A stretch of 64,000 bases of DNA from an uncultured Sorangium sp. (GTDB lineage: Bacteria > Myxococcota_A > Polyangia > Polyangiales > Polyangiaceae): assembly GCA_966250485.1 (NCBI GenBank), contig CBINHN010000004.1:99726-163725 (forward strand), given 5' to 3'. The position numbers and the translations under genes are program-made. The notes beneath the pieces were generated by a model that did no database searches, was not told the origin of the DNA, and saw nothing but the letters and a program-made list of their open reading frames with translations. Positions 46,072 through 53,849 of the stretch are shown here, one piece after another (position 1 is the first letter of the stretch; each line of letters opens with the position of its first letter).

Positions 46072-47627
46072 GTTTCGGCTCCCAGACTGATGGCGTTGCG
46101 CAGCGCTCGCTCTAGGGCTGCCGCCTTGTCCAGCGTCTCGCGATACTCGCCGAGCGGGCTCGAGTCCGCGACCACGGCGCCGCCGACGCTGAAGTAGCAG
46201 CGCCCGTCTTTCACGAGGAAGCTGCGAATGACGATGTTCAGGTCGAGCAGGCCACGATCGTCCAGATAGCCGACCGCGCCGGAGTAGATGCCGCGCTTGT
46301 ACGGCTCGAGCGCGTCGATGATCTTCATGGCCTCGATCTTCGGCGCGCCCGTCATCGAGCCGCCTGGGAAGCAAGCCCGGATCAAATCGAATGCGTCGCG
46401 ATCGGCCCGCAGCTTGCCGCGGATCGTCGAGACCATCTGAAATACCGTCGCGTACTGCTCGATGACCATGAGCTCCGGCACGTGGACCGTATCGATCTCA
46501 CAGACGCGGCCGAGATCATTGCGCACCAAGTCGACGATCATCACGTTCTCGGCGCGATCCTTGACCGATCGGAACAGGTCCGCTCGCAGCTCCGCGTCCT
46601 GCTCCGGCGTAGCGCCGCGCGGACGCGTTCCCTTGATCGGCCGGCTCTCCGCGACGCGCTCCCCGTCCAGACGAATGAAGCGCTCCGGCGACGAGGACAC
46701 CAGCTGCCCCCACGGGAAATTGAGGTAGCACGCGAACGGAGCCGGGTTGATGCGCCGAAGCTCGCCGTAGAGTAGCCAGGGGTCACCGCCGTAGCGCGCC
46801 TCACGCCGATGCGTGGTGCAGACTTCGAAGATGTCGCCAGCGCGGATATGACGCTTGGCCTGCTCCACCGTCTCGATGTAGCTCGCCTCGCTCGCGTGAC
46901 CTTCGATGTCCCCGGCCGTACCCGAGGCTGCACGCGCTTCCCGGCTCACCGTGGATCGCGCCTCGAGCCCCGCGATCTGCGTGAGCACGCTCTGCCGGCG
47001 CATTTCGATCCGTCGTCGCGCGCTGGCTTCATCGGCCGCGAACGCGCTGACGCACAGGTACGAGCGGCTGCGGAGGTGGTCATGGCACCACACCACGTCA
47101 GCCATCATCATGGTCACGTCCGGCAGGTTGAGATCGTCGCGACCGAGATTCGGCAGCCGCTCGATCAGGTAGCCCGCCTCGTACGCGAAGTAGCCGACCA
47201 TGCCCGCGCAGAACGGCGCCGGCGCGTCCGTCCACGCGGGGGCGCGCCGCTCGTCCGCCGCACGCCGTAGAGCTTCGAACGGCTCGCAGCTGAGCTCCGC
47301 GCGCAGCGGCCGCTCGTAACGCGCGCCGCTCTCGTCGCGCAGCGTGATCCACGCTGCGTCCGCTGGCTCGCCCGGTGAAGCGCCGGGCCTGCGCCTGGCC
47401 TCGAAGACGCGCTCCGGCTCACCGATCAAGAACGAGTAGCGGCCGAGCGACTCGGCGTCCCGCGCGCTATCGAGCAGCGCAGCGTACGGCTCGGAGCGAT
47501 AGAGCTCGAAGTAACTCCAAAACTCACGCTGCAGCTTCAGCTCGAAGACGGCGTCGACACGCAGCCGACCGTTGGGAGCCTGAGTCGTTCGCTGGATGGT
47601 CATAGGCGAGCTCCGGGCAAACGTCAC
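46068..47627 (-). CDS. pabB: Chorismate-utilising enzyme, aminodeoxychorismate synthase component I (PabB-type)
   Basis: Track ORF, 519 aa. Motifs: SSPERFIRL, RPIKGTRPRG (Lys as in E. coli PabB PIKGT; TrpE has PIAGT), DRAENVMIVDLVRND, FPGGSMTGAPK. The start at 47627 is a GTG by my reading; an in-frame ATG at 47603 (MTIQR) is an alternative. Confidence 0.85.
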   Translation of the reverse strand: MTFARSSPMTIQRTTQAPNGRLRVDAVFELKLQREFWSYFELYRSEPYAALLDSARDAESLGRYSFLIGEPERVFEARRRPGASPGEPADAAWITLRDESGARYERPLRAELSCEPFEALRRAADERRAPAWTDAPAPFCAGMVGYFAYEAGYLIERLPNLGRDDLNLPDVTMMMADVVWCHDHLRSRSYLCVSAFAADEASARRRIEMRRQSVLTQIAGLEARSTVSREARAASGTAGDIEGHASEASYIETVEQAKRHIRAGDIFEVCTTHRREARYGGDPWLLYGELRRINPAPFACYLNFPWGQLVSSSPERFIRLDGERVAESRPIKGTRPRGATPEQDAELRADLFRSVKDRAENVMIVDLVRNDLGRVCEIDTVHVPELMVIEQYATVFQMVSTIRGKLRADRDAFDLIRACFPGGSMTGAPKIEAMKIIDALEPYKRGIYSGAVGYLDDRGLLDLNIVIRSFLVKDGRCYFSVGGAVVADSSPLGEYRETLDKAAALERALRNAISLGAET

Positions 47628-47631
47628 AGCC

Positions 47632-49059
47632 TCAAGTTCGTAGGTCGAAGAAGCGCTTGGCCTTGAATTCGGTGCGCGGAAGCGAGCCGAAGGGAACGAC
47701 CACCACCGTCACCTCGATGCCAAGCGCGCCTTTGAGCCGACGGGCCACCTGCTGACCGACCTCCGCGTAGTTACTCTTGGGAATTTCCGAGCGCGGTTCC
47801 ACGATCGCGCGCAAACGATCCATGTCGTTCTCTCGCACGAGCTCGACCTTGAAATCGTCTCCCAGCTCCTCCTGGCTGCGGATCGCGTCCTCGATGGCCG
47901 AGGGATAGAACGTCAGACCGCGCACCTTGATCAGCTGATCGCTGCGACCATGCAAGCCGCCAATGACTCGCGCGTGCGTGCGCCCACAGCCGCAGCGCTC
48001 CCGCGTGATGCTGGCCCAATCACCCATCACGTAACGAAGCACGGGCTGCGCCTCGCTGAATAAATTGCTGACCACGAGCACGCCGCGAACGCCGTCCTCG
48101 ACGGGTCGCCACGTCTCCGGGTGGACCACCTCCGCGTAGTAAGCGTCCTCCGTCAGGTGCGTGTCGACGCCGTCCTGCCGCTCGACTTGGTACTCGCAGG
48201 TGTAGCCCAGCGGAGACATCGCAACTTCGGTGCAACCGAAGTCGTCGTGCACCTTGGCTCCCCACAGCTGTTCGATGCGCGCCTTCGTTGCGGGCACGCA
48301 CGCGCCCGGCTCGCCCGCCGCCACGATCCGGCGAATCGACGAGGCCGCGGGATCCTGTCCCAGCTCCTGCATGACGCGCGCGAGGTAGCAGGCATAAGAT
48401 GGGGTGCACAACAGCAGCGTCGGCTTGTAATTTTCGATCATCGCGATGCGGCGCTCGGAGTTGCTGCCGCCGCCGGGGATCACTGGGACGCCCATCAGGT
48501 TGAGCGCGTAGTGCAGGCCCCAAAAGGCCACCGAGGTGCCATAGCCGAAGCAGTTGATGGCCACGTCACGGCCGCGCCGTACGCCCATGGCGTAGAGAGA
48601 GCGCGCGCCGTGCCAACTCCAGAGCTCGCGATCGAAATTCGTGTGGCGGAACGCGCGCGGCGTCTTCGCCGTGGTGCCGGACGTGGAAAACATCATCCAC
48701 CCGTCGTTCAGCCAAGCATCTTGCGTCAGCGGCGAGAAGGTGCCCCACGGCGGCGAGCGCTGCTGATCGATGAGCCACTCTTCGCGATGCGTGAGCGGCA
48801 CCTTCGCGAGATCAGCGATCCCGCGGACGCTATCCGGACCGAGGCCGGACATTTCGAATTTGTTTCGATAGAACGCGCTGCTGTCCCACAGATAACGATA
48901 CGCAAGCGCCACTCGCTCGCCCTGGAGCCGGCGGAGCTCGGCGGGGCTCGCGCACTCGTAACGCGGAGCCCAATAGCGCTCGTCGGCAGGCTCACCATAC
49001 GGCTTCGCGTGCTCGCGCCCGAAATCAAGCCACCTCTTTTTGCTCGACTCCATCTGCAA
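47632..49059 (-). CDS. Phenylacetate-CoA ligase (PaaK)/F390-synthetase family adenylate-forming enzyme; putative aryl-acid (PABA?) activating ligase
   Basis: Track ORF, 475 aa. Family-typical features: N-terminal YWAPRYECASPAELRRLQGERV, STSGTTAKTPRAF (the P-loop-like AMP-binding motif of the PaaK family), LLCTPSYA, VAAGEPG. The track start at 49059 reads as TTG by eye; the ATG two codons in (49053, MESSKK) is the likelier start. Confidence 0.75.
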   Translation of the reverse strand: MQMESSKKRWLDFGREHAKPYGEPADERYWAPRYECASPAELRRLQGERVALAYRYLWDSSAFYRNKFEMSGLGPDSVRGIADLAKVPLTHREEWLIDQQRSPPWGTFSPLTQDAWLNDGWMMFSTSGTTAKTPRAFRHTNFDRELWSWHGARSLYAMGVRRGRDVAINCFGYGTSVAFWGLHYALNLMGVPVIPGGGSNSERRIAMIENYKPTLLLCTPSYACYLARVMQELGQDPAASSIRRIVAAGEPGACVPATKARIEQLWGAKVHDDFGCTEVAMSPLGYTCEYQVERQDGVDTHLTEDAYYAEVVHPETWRPVEDGVRGVLVVSNLFSEAQPVLRYVMGDWASITRERCGCGRTHARVIGGLHGRSDQLIKVRGLTFYPSAIEDAIRSQEELGDDFKVELVRENDMDRLRAIVEPRSEIPKSNYAEVGQQVARRLKGALGIEVTVVVVPFGSLPRTEFKAKRFFDLRT

Positions 49060-49081
49060 AACTCCGATCCTAAATTTCCAC

Positions 49082-49993
49082 TCACATCGCGCCGGCTCGG
49101 CTGACCAAATCCATGAATGCTGCCGACAAACGTCGAAACACGGGCCCTGGCGCGCGGGCGGCGTACGCCCCTGCGACGCTTCGAATCGGCAGTAGCTCCA
49201 TCACCGTGCTCGTAAAAAACAGCTCGTCGGCCGCTAACATCGTCGGCACGTCGAGCGCGGTCTCGCGGGCCGTCACGCCGAGCTCTCGCGCGAGGCGAAG
49301 CACGACAGCGCGCGTCACTCCCGGTAATGCTCCGCACTCGAGCGCGGGCGTCACGACGTCTCCGCCGATCACTGCGAACAAATTGGACACGGTTCCGGAC
49401 ACGACTTCACCAGTCGGCGAAAGTTGGATTCCCTCACTGAACCCCTGCTCCTCGAGCTCACGACGCGCCAAAATTGTCGGCAAATAGTTGATTGATTTGA
49501 TGCTCGTATCCAGGCAGCACGCCGGAACACGACGCTTCGTCAGCAACGTCGAAGCAATTCCGTCGCTGTACGAGCCTGCAGAATAGCGGGGCAGTGGACG
49601 AGCGACGATCGACAGGGTCGGCGCGCCGGCGTGCGAAGTGGCGATGCCCGCACCGCCGACGCCACGCGTGAGAGTCACGCGCACGTAAACCTCGGGCTCA
49701 TTGGCGCGTTCCACGCATTCCTGCAGGGCCCGCAGCAACGCGTCACTGCTTAGAGGCAGCGGAATACCGGCCACCGCCGCCGAGTGAAGCAGGCGTTGAA
49801 CGTGCTCCGGCGCTGCAAACAGCCGCCCGCCGTAGCTGCGTAGCGTATCGAACACTCCATCGCCCAGTAAATGCCCGCGATCCAGGACGCTGATGCGCGC
49901 GGCGCTTGGCTCGACGAAGACACCATCGAGGTAAATCTGGCCGAGCACAGCGCCCGCAGGCGGAGCCCTCGAGCGGAGAGAGGCCGCCGTCAT
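49082..49993 (-). CDS. pabC: Class IV (fold type IV) PLP aminotransferase family; by context 4-amino-4-deoxychorismate lyase (PabC-type)
   Basis: Track ORF 49082..50266. I trimmed the start to the ATG at 49993 (MTAASLRSRAPPAGAVLGQIYLDG), which is preceded by GGGAG. Motifs: VLDRGHLLGDGVFDT, SIKSINYL (PLP Lys context), GTVSNLF, GALPGVTR. The family alone cannot separate ADC lyase from BCAT/DAAT; I assign it from linkage to pabA and pabB. Confidence 0.7.
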   Translation of the reverse strand: MTAASLRSRAPPAGAVLGQIYLDGVFVEPSAARISVLDRGHLLGDGVFDTLRSYGGRLFAAPEHVQRLLHSAAVAGIPLPLSSDALLRALQECVERANEPEVYVRVTLTRGVGGAGIATSHAGAPTLSIVARPLPRYSAGSYSDGIASTLLTKRRVPACCLDTSIKSINYLPTILARRELEEQGFSEGIQLSPTGEVVSGTVSNLFAVIGGDVVTPALECGALPGVTRAVVLRLARELGVTARETALDVPTMLAADELFFTSTVMELLPIRSVAGAYAARAPGPVFRRLSAAFMDLVSRAGAM

Positions 49994-50306
49994 CTGTCGT
50001 CTCCCGTTCTTGCCATTACTCCCACGCGTACAACCGCTGCTTCGTAACGATATTCCCTCGAGCAGCTGCGCGCGTCGCCGCCTCGCAGCTGCCACAACCC
50101 GCGCGTCATCACCAATAGTAATTCGACGACCAAGATCGGTCGCGGCCACCAGTGGTTCGTTTTCTAAATGATCCGTGTGCTGTGTGTCAAGGCACCGTCC
50201 CGCAGTTGTCATGTCGCGATACGTCAGCTCACTGTGTCGATCGCGTTTTCCGTCGACGCGGGTCACCCAGCAGGCGTATGTAAACGAGTGCTGGCAGGGA
50301 GGTCCG
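49994..50306. promoter_or_regulatory. Divergent intergenic region; candidate bidirectional promoter for the long minus-strand operon and the plus-strand ACAD/FkbH pair
   Basis: This is the only sizeable non-coding gap in the left 52 kb (313 bp). It is visibly less GC-rich than its surroundings (runs such as ccaatagtaattcg, gttttctaaatgatcc, gtatgtaaacgag). GGGAG/GGGAGG Shine-Dalgarno-like boxes sit before both flanking ATGs. I could not assign a -35/-10 or sigma-54 box with confidence. Confidence 0.4.
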
Positions 50307-51461
50307 ATGGGAGTTCGATTGAACGCAGCACAGCGCGAACTGCAAAGACACTATCGCGAGTTCGCGGCGGAACACGTCACACCAGCCGCGAGCCGCTTCG
50401 ACTCCGAGCAGAAGCTAGCGCCCGAGCTCATCGTGGAGCTCGCGCGCGGCGGCTTCCTCGCGGCCTTGGTGCCCGCTGATTTCGGCGGAAAACCAGTGGA
50501 TTTCGTCAGCTACGGGTTGATGCACGAAGAGCTCGGGCGTGCCTGCTCCTCGACGCGCAGCTTGATCACCGTGCATTCCATGGTGTGCCTCGCGATCGAT
50601 CGCTGGGGCACGCGTGAGCAGCGGACGACGTGGCTGCCGGCGTTGGCACGAGGTGACAGCATCGCCGCGTTCGCGCTGACTGAGCCCAACGCCGGCAGCG
50701 ACACCAGCGCGATCGAAACGAATCTCACACGCACGAGTGGCGGTTTTCGCCTGAACGGGAAGAAGACCTGGATCACGTGCGGACAACTCGCCGGGGTGTT
50801 CCTCGTGTTCGCCAAGCTCGAGGGTGCTCCGTGCGCGCTGCTGGTTCCCGGCGACACTCCCGGCTTCTCACGACAGCCGATCTTCGGAATGCTCGGTTGC
50901 CGCGCCTCGATGTTGGCCGAGCTCACGTTTGATGATTGTGAGATCCCCGAGAGCGCGCTGCTCGGCCGGCCTGGCTTTGGATTGTCGCACGTCGCACAAA
51001 GCGCGCTGGACAACGGTCGCTACTCGATCGCCTGGGGCTGTGTTGGCCTGCTGCGCGCTTGCGTCGAGGCCAGCGTCGCGTATGCAAACGAACGCAGGCA
51101 ATCCGGCGCGGCAATCGTCGATCAGCCGCTCGTGCGCCGGCTGCTCACGAACATGGTGACGGAGCTCAAGGCGGCGCGCCTCCTGTGCTGGAGCGCGGCG
51201 CTGGCCCGCAGCGCCAAGCATCCGAACTCGCTGCTGGAGGTGGCGCTCGCCAAGTACTACGCGTCGACTGCGGCCGCGCGGGTCGCCGCCGACGCGGTTC
51301 AAGTCCACGGCGCACGAGGTTGCAGTGACCGCTACGCGGTGGAGCGCTGGTACCGCGACGCGAAGATCATGGAGATCATCGAAGGCTCGACGCAAATCCA
51401 ACAGTCGCTGATCGCGGCGCACGCCTCGGAGCTGCTCGACAGCGACGAGGAGTGGAGCTGA
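50307..51461 (+). CDS. Acyl-CoA/acyl-ACP dehydrogenase family flavoprotein (FkbI-like by context)
   Basis: Track ORF 50175..51461. I trimmed the start to the ATG at 50307 (MGVRLNAAQRELQRHYREFAAEHV), which is preceded by GGGAGG. Motifs: FALTEPNAGSD, GKKTWIT, RDAKIMEIIEGSTQIQ (catalytic Glu position retained). Confidence 0.85.
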   Translation: MGVRLNAAQRELQRHYREFAAEHVTPAASRFDSEQKLAPELIVELARGGFLAALVPADFGGKPVDFVSYGLMHEELGRACSSTRSLITVHSMVCLAIDRWGTREQRTTWLPALARGDSIAAFALTEPNAGSDTSAIETNLTRTSGGFRLNGKKTWITCGQLAGVFLVFAKLEGAPCALLVPGDTPGFSRQPIFGMLGCRASMLAELTFDDCEIPESALLGRPGFGLSHVAQSALDNGRYSIAWGCVGLLRACVEASVAYANERRQSGAAIVDQPLVRRLLTNMVTELKAARLLCWSAALARSAKHPNSLLEVALAKYYASTAAARVAADAVQVHGARGCSDRYAVERWYRDAKIMEIIEGSTQIQQSLIAAHASELLDSDEEWS

Positions 51462-51462
51462 C

Positions 51463-52542
51463 ATGAACCGGCCCGAGCTCGCTGATGCGGGCGTGGGGCG
51501 CGAAGAGCGCTCGCGCGTGAAGTGCCTGGTGTGGGATCTGGACGAAACGCTCTGGCACGGCGTGCTGCTGGAAGGCGGCGGGCGAGAGCTACGACCGGGA
51601 GCCGTCGCGCTGATCGAGGAGCTGGATCGGCGAGGCGTGCTGCAGTCGATTGCCAGCAAGAACGACGCGGATCTCGCCTGGCGCCGCCTGCAGGAGCTGA
51701 AGCTGCAGCAGTACTTTCTTCATCCGCAGATTCATTGGGGACCCAAGTCCGAATCGATGCGCACCATCGCGCGCGAGCTCAACATCGGCCTCGACACGCT
51801 CGCGCTGCTGGACGATCAGCCGTTCGAGCGCGACGAGGTCCGCTTCGCCCTGCCGGAGGTGCTTTGCTTGGACTCTGGCGACTTAGAACCGCTGTTCACG
51901 CACGCCGCGCTGAACCCCAAGTTCGTCACCGAGGAGTCACGGCTGCGCCGCCAAATGTACATCGGCGACGCCGCGCGCAAGAACGCGGAACAATCCTTCA
52001 CGGGTACCCCCGAGGAATTCTTGTCGTCGCTGCAAATGCGCTTCCGGGTGCACCGGGCAGTGGAGCAGGACCTCAGGCGCGCCGAAGAGCTCACGCTGCG
52101 CACCAATCAGCTCAACACGACCGGCTACACGTACAGCTATGACGAGCTCGTGCGCCTCCAGCACTCGGATGAGCACACCGTGCTCGTTGCTAGCCTCGAC
52201 GATCGCTACGGGAGCTACGGAAAGATCGGGCTCGGACTGATCGAGCGCCACGCCGGCATTTGGAAGATACGGCTTCTGCTGATGTCCTGCCGCGTGATGT
52301 CGCGCGGCGTAGGTACGATCATGCTGCGCCACATCATGGCGATGGCGCGTCGCTCGGGGGTGCGGCTGCAGGCGGAGTTCGTCGCCAACGATCGCAACCG
52401 CATGATGTACGTGACCTACAAGTTCGAGGGCTTTCGGGAAATCAAATCCGCACCGCCGTGGAGTCTGCTGGAGGCAGATCTCACGCGTGCGCCCTCGTTC
52501 CCCGGCTACGTCGAGTTAGACCTCGAGGCCTTCGGCCAGTAG
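51463..52542 (+). CDS. FkbH-like HAD-superfamily IIIC protein (candidate glyceryl-S-carrier loading enzyme)
   Basis: The ATG lies 1 nt after the ACAD stop. Motifs: HAD motif I VWDLDETLWHG, IASKND, LLDDQPFER, and the FkbH-type Cys motif LLLMSCRVMSRGVG. The 359-aa size fits stand-alone FkbH proteins. Confidence 0.75.
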   Translation: MNRPELADAGVGREERSRVKCLVWDLDETLWHGVLLEGGGRELRPGAVALIEELDRRGVLQSIASKNDADLAWRRLQELKLQQYFLHPQIHWGPKSESMRTIARELNIGLDTLALLDDQPFERDEVRFALPEVLCLDSGDLEPLFTHAALNPKFVTEESRLRRQMYIGDAARKNAEQSFTGTPEEFLSSLQMRFRVHRAVEQDLRRAEELTLRTNQLNTTGYTYSYDELVRLQHSDEHTVLVASLDDRYGSYGKIGLGLIERHAGIWKIRLLLMSCRVMSRGVGTIMLRHIMAMARRSGVRLQAEFVANDRNRMMYVTYKFEGFREIKSAPPWSLLEADLTRAPSFPGYVELDLEAFGQ

Positions 52543-53655
52543 ACCACTTTCGATGCTGGACTGGGCGCGCTCGAACGGGCTCCCGAGCCCGAGCGTCACC
52601 TGGCGCAGCACTGGCTCGAGCACGCTCGCGGGGGCGCCCGCCGCGCGACCTTCCAGCGCCGCAGCGTACGCCGCCAGCAAGCGGCCGCGCTGAACGAAGG
52701 CCTGCGCGAGGAGCGGCCACACCTGCTCGCCAGGTGCGCCGAGGTTCGCCGCGCGCCGCAGCGGTGCGATGGCCTCGCCCGCGCGACCGTCGAGCATCAT
52801 GGCGTCGCCGAGCCGGAAGTAAGCCGTCGCCGCGGCGTTGCCGTCGCCCGCGTATTGTACGGCGAGGCGCAGGACCTCTTCGCCCTTGCTGATCTCACCC
52901 AGCGATACGCAGGCGCTGCCCAGCAGCCCGAGCGCGTTGGCGATCAGCGCGCGAGTCTCCGGGGTGATGGTCTGCCCCTCGGGAGTCCGCAGAAAGATGG
53001 CGAGCGGAGCCGGCCAGCTGCCGAGCAGCTCGAGCACGCGCACGTGGTCGCCGCGCGCGGCCGCCTGTTCGGCCTCATTGAAACGTGTGAGGTCGATGGC
53101 GGAGCGGGACTGCGGCCGAGCGACGCGCTCGAGCTCCTCACGCACGTGCGTGCGCAACCGCGCGCGGAACGCGCCGAGCGAGTACAGCTCCTCGACTCCG
53201 TCGTGAAACAGCTTGATGCGCGAGCCTTCGTCGTCAACGCTGAGCTCGCGCAGCGCATAGCCGTACAGCGGCGCGAGCAGCAGGTAGCGCACTCCGATAT
53301 GAAATTGCACCGCTTCGATGTCGGTCTCGCGCCGCGGCGGCGGCCCGATGGGCTCCTCCGTGACGAGCGCGCTCACGAGACGCAGCCGAAACTCGGACAG
53401 CGAGAGGCGCTGCACGTCTGCAGTGTCGAGGTCCACGTCGTCCCCGCCCACCACGAACTCTACCAGGGTGTTGTCCGGGCTTCTGCGGTCGACCGTGAGC
53501 GAGGTGATGCGCGCGCCGGTGATCATCGCGTACGCGAAGAAGTGCGCGCCCACGATGTCGCACAGGGCTTGAAAGCTGCCGATGCCCTCGCCCATGCGCT
53601 CGAACCAGCCGTCGGTGCGGATCGCTTCGAGCGAGATGACCAGGGGCTTCTGCAT
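52516..53655 (-). CDS. Hypothetical protein, C-terminal half Ala/Leu-rich helical (TPR-like)
   Basis: Track ORF 52516..53811. I trimmed the start to the ATG at 53655 (MQKPLVISLEAIRTDGWFERMGEG). I recognised no catalytic motif. The C-terminal part (LGLLGSACVSLGEISKGEEVLRLAVQYAGDGNAAATAYFRLGDAMMLDGRAGEAIAPLRRAANL) resembles TPR helices. Confidence 0.5.
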   Translation of the reverse strand: MQKPLVISLEAIRTDGWFERMGEGIGSFQALCDIVGAHFFAYAMITGARITSLTVDRRSPDNTLVEFVVGGDDVDLDTADVQRLSLSEFRLRLVSALVTEEPIGPPPRRETDIEAVQFHIGVRYLLLAPLYGYALRELSVDDEGSRIKLFHDGVEELYSLGAFRARLRTHVREELERVARPQSRSAIDLTRFNEAEQAAARGDHVRVLELLGSWPAPLAIFLRTPEGQTITPETRALIANALGLLGSACVSLGEISKGEEVLRLAVQYAGDGNAAATAYFRLGDAMMLDGRAGEAIAPLRRAANLGAPGEQVWPLLAQAFVQRGRLLAAYAAALEGRAAGAPASVLEPVLRQVTLGLGSPFERAQSSIESGLLAEGLEV

Positions 53656-53849
53656 CACGTGGCGCCCATTTTCACACGGTTTGCGCGACGCCCACAACAA
53701 AAAGCCTCGCGCGCTGCGCGCCACTCGGCGAAGGTGGCGGACTTCGGTGCCCATAGTCGCGCGCGGGATTTGGTGCGCGAGCCGCACACACACCCCGCGC
53801 GAGCGACGCACCCGCGCGCGCTGGCGGCCAATCGCGGGGTCAAAAGGCC

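Noticed and set aside
46068-47627. The pabA/pabB-like pair might be anthranilate synthase (TrpG/TrpE) or an isochorismate/salicylate synthase.
   Set aside because: The motif reads PIKGT (Lys as in PabB) rather than the PIAGT of TrpE, and the glutamine-dependent partner argues against isochorismate or salicylate synthases. A class IV aminotransferase-fold (ADC-lyase-type) gene is linked. I still list phylogeny as the decisive check.
50191-50209. A sigma-54-like element (GGCAC ... TTG) lies in the divergent intergenic region.
   Set aside because: The spacing between the GG and the TTG(C) element is about five bases too long for the TGGCAC-N5-TTGC consensus, and the -12 element is incomplete.
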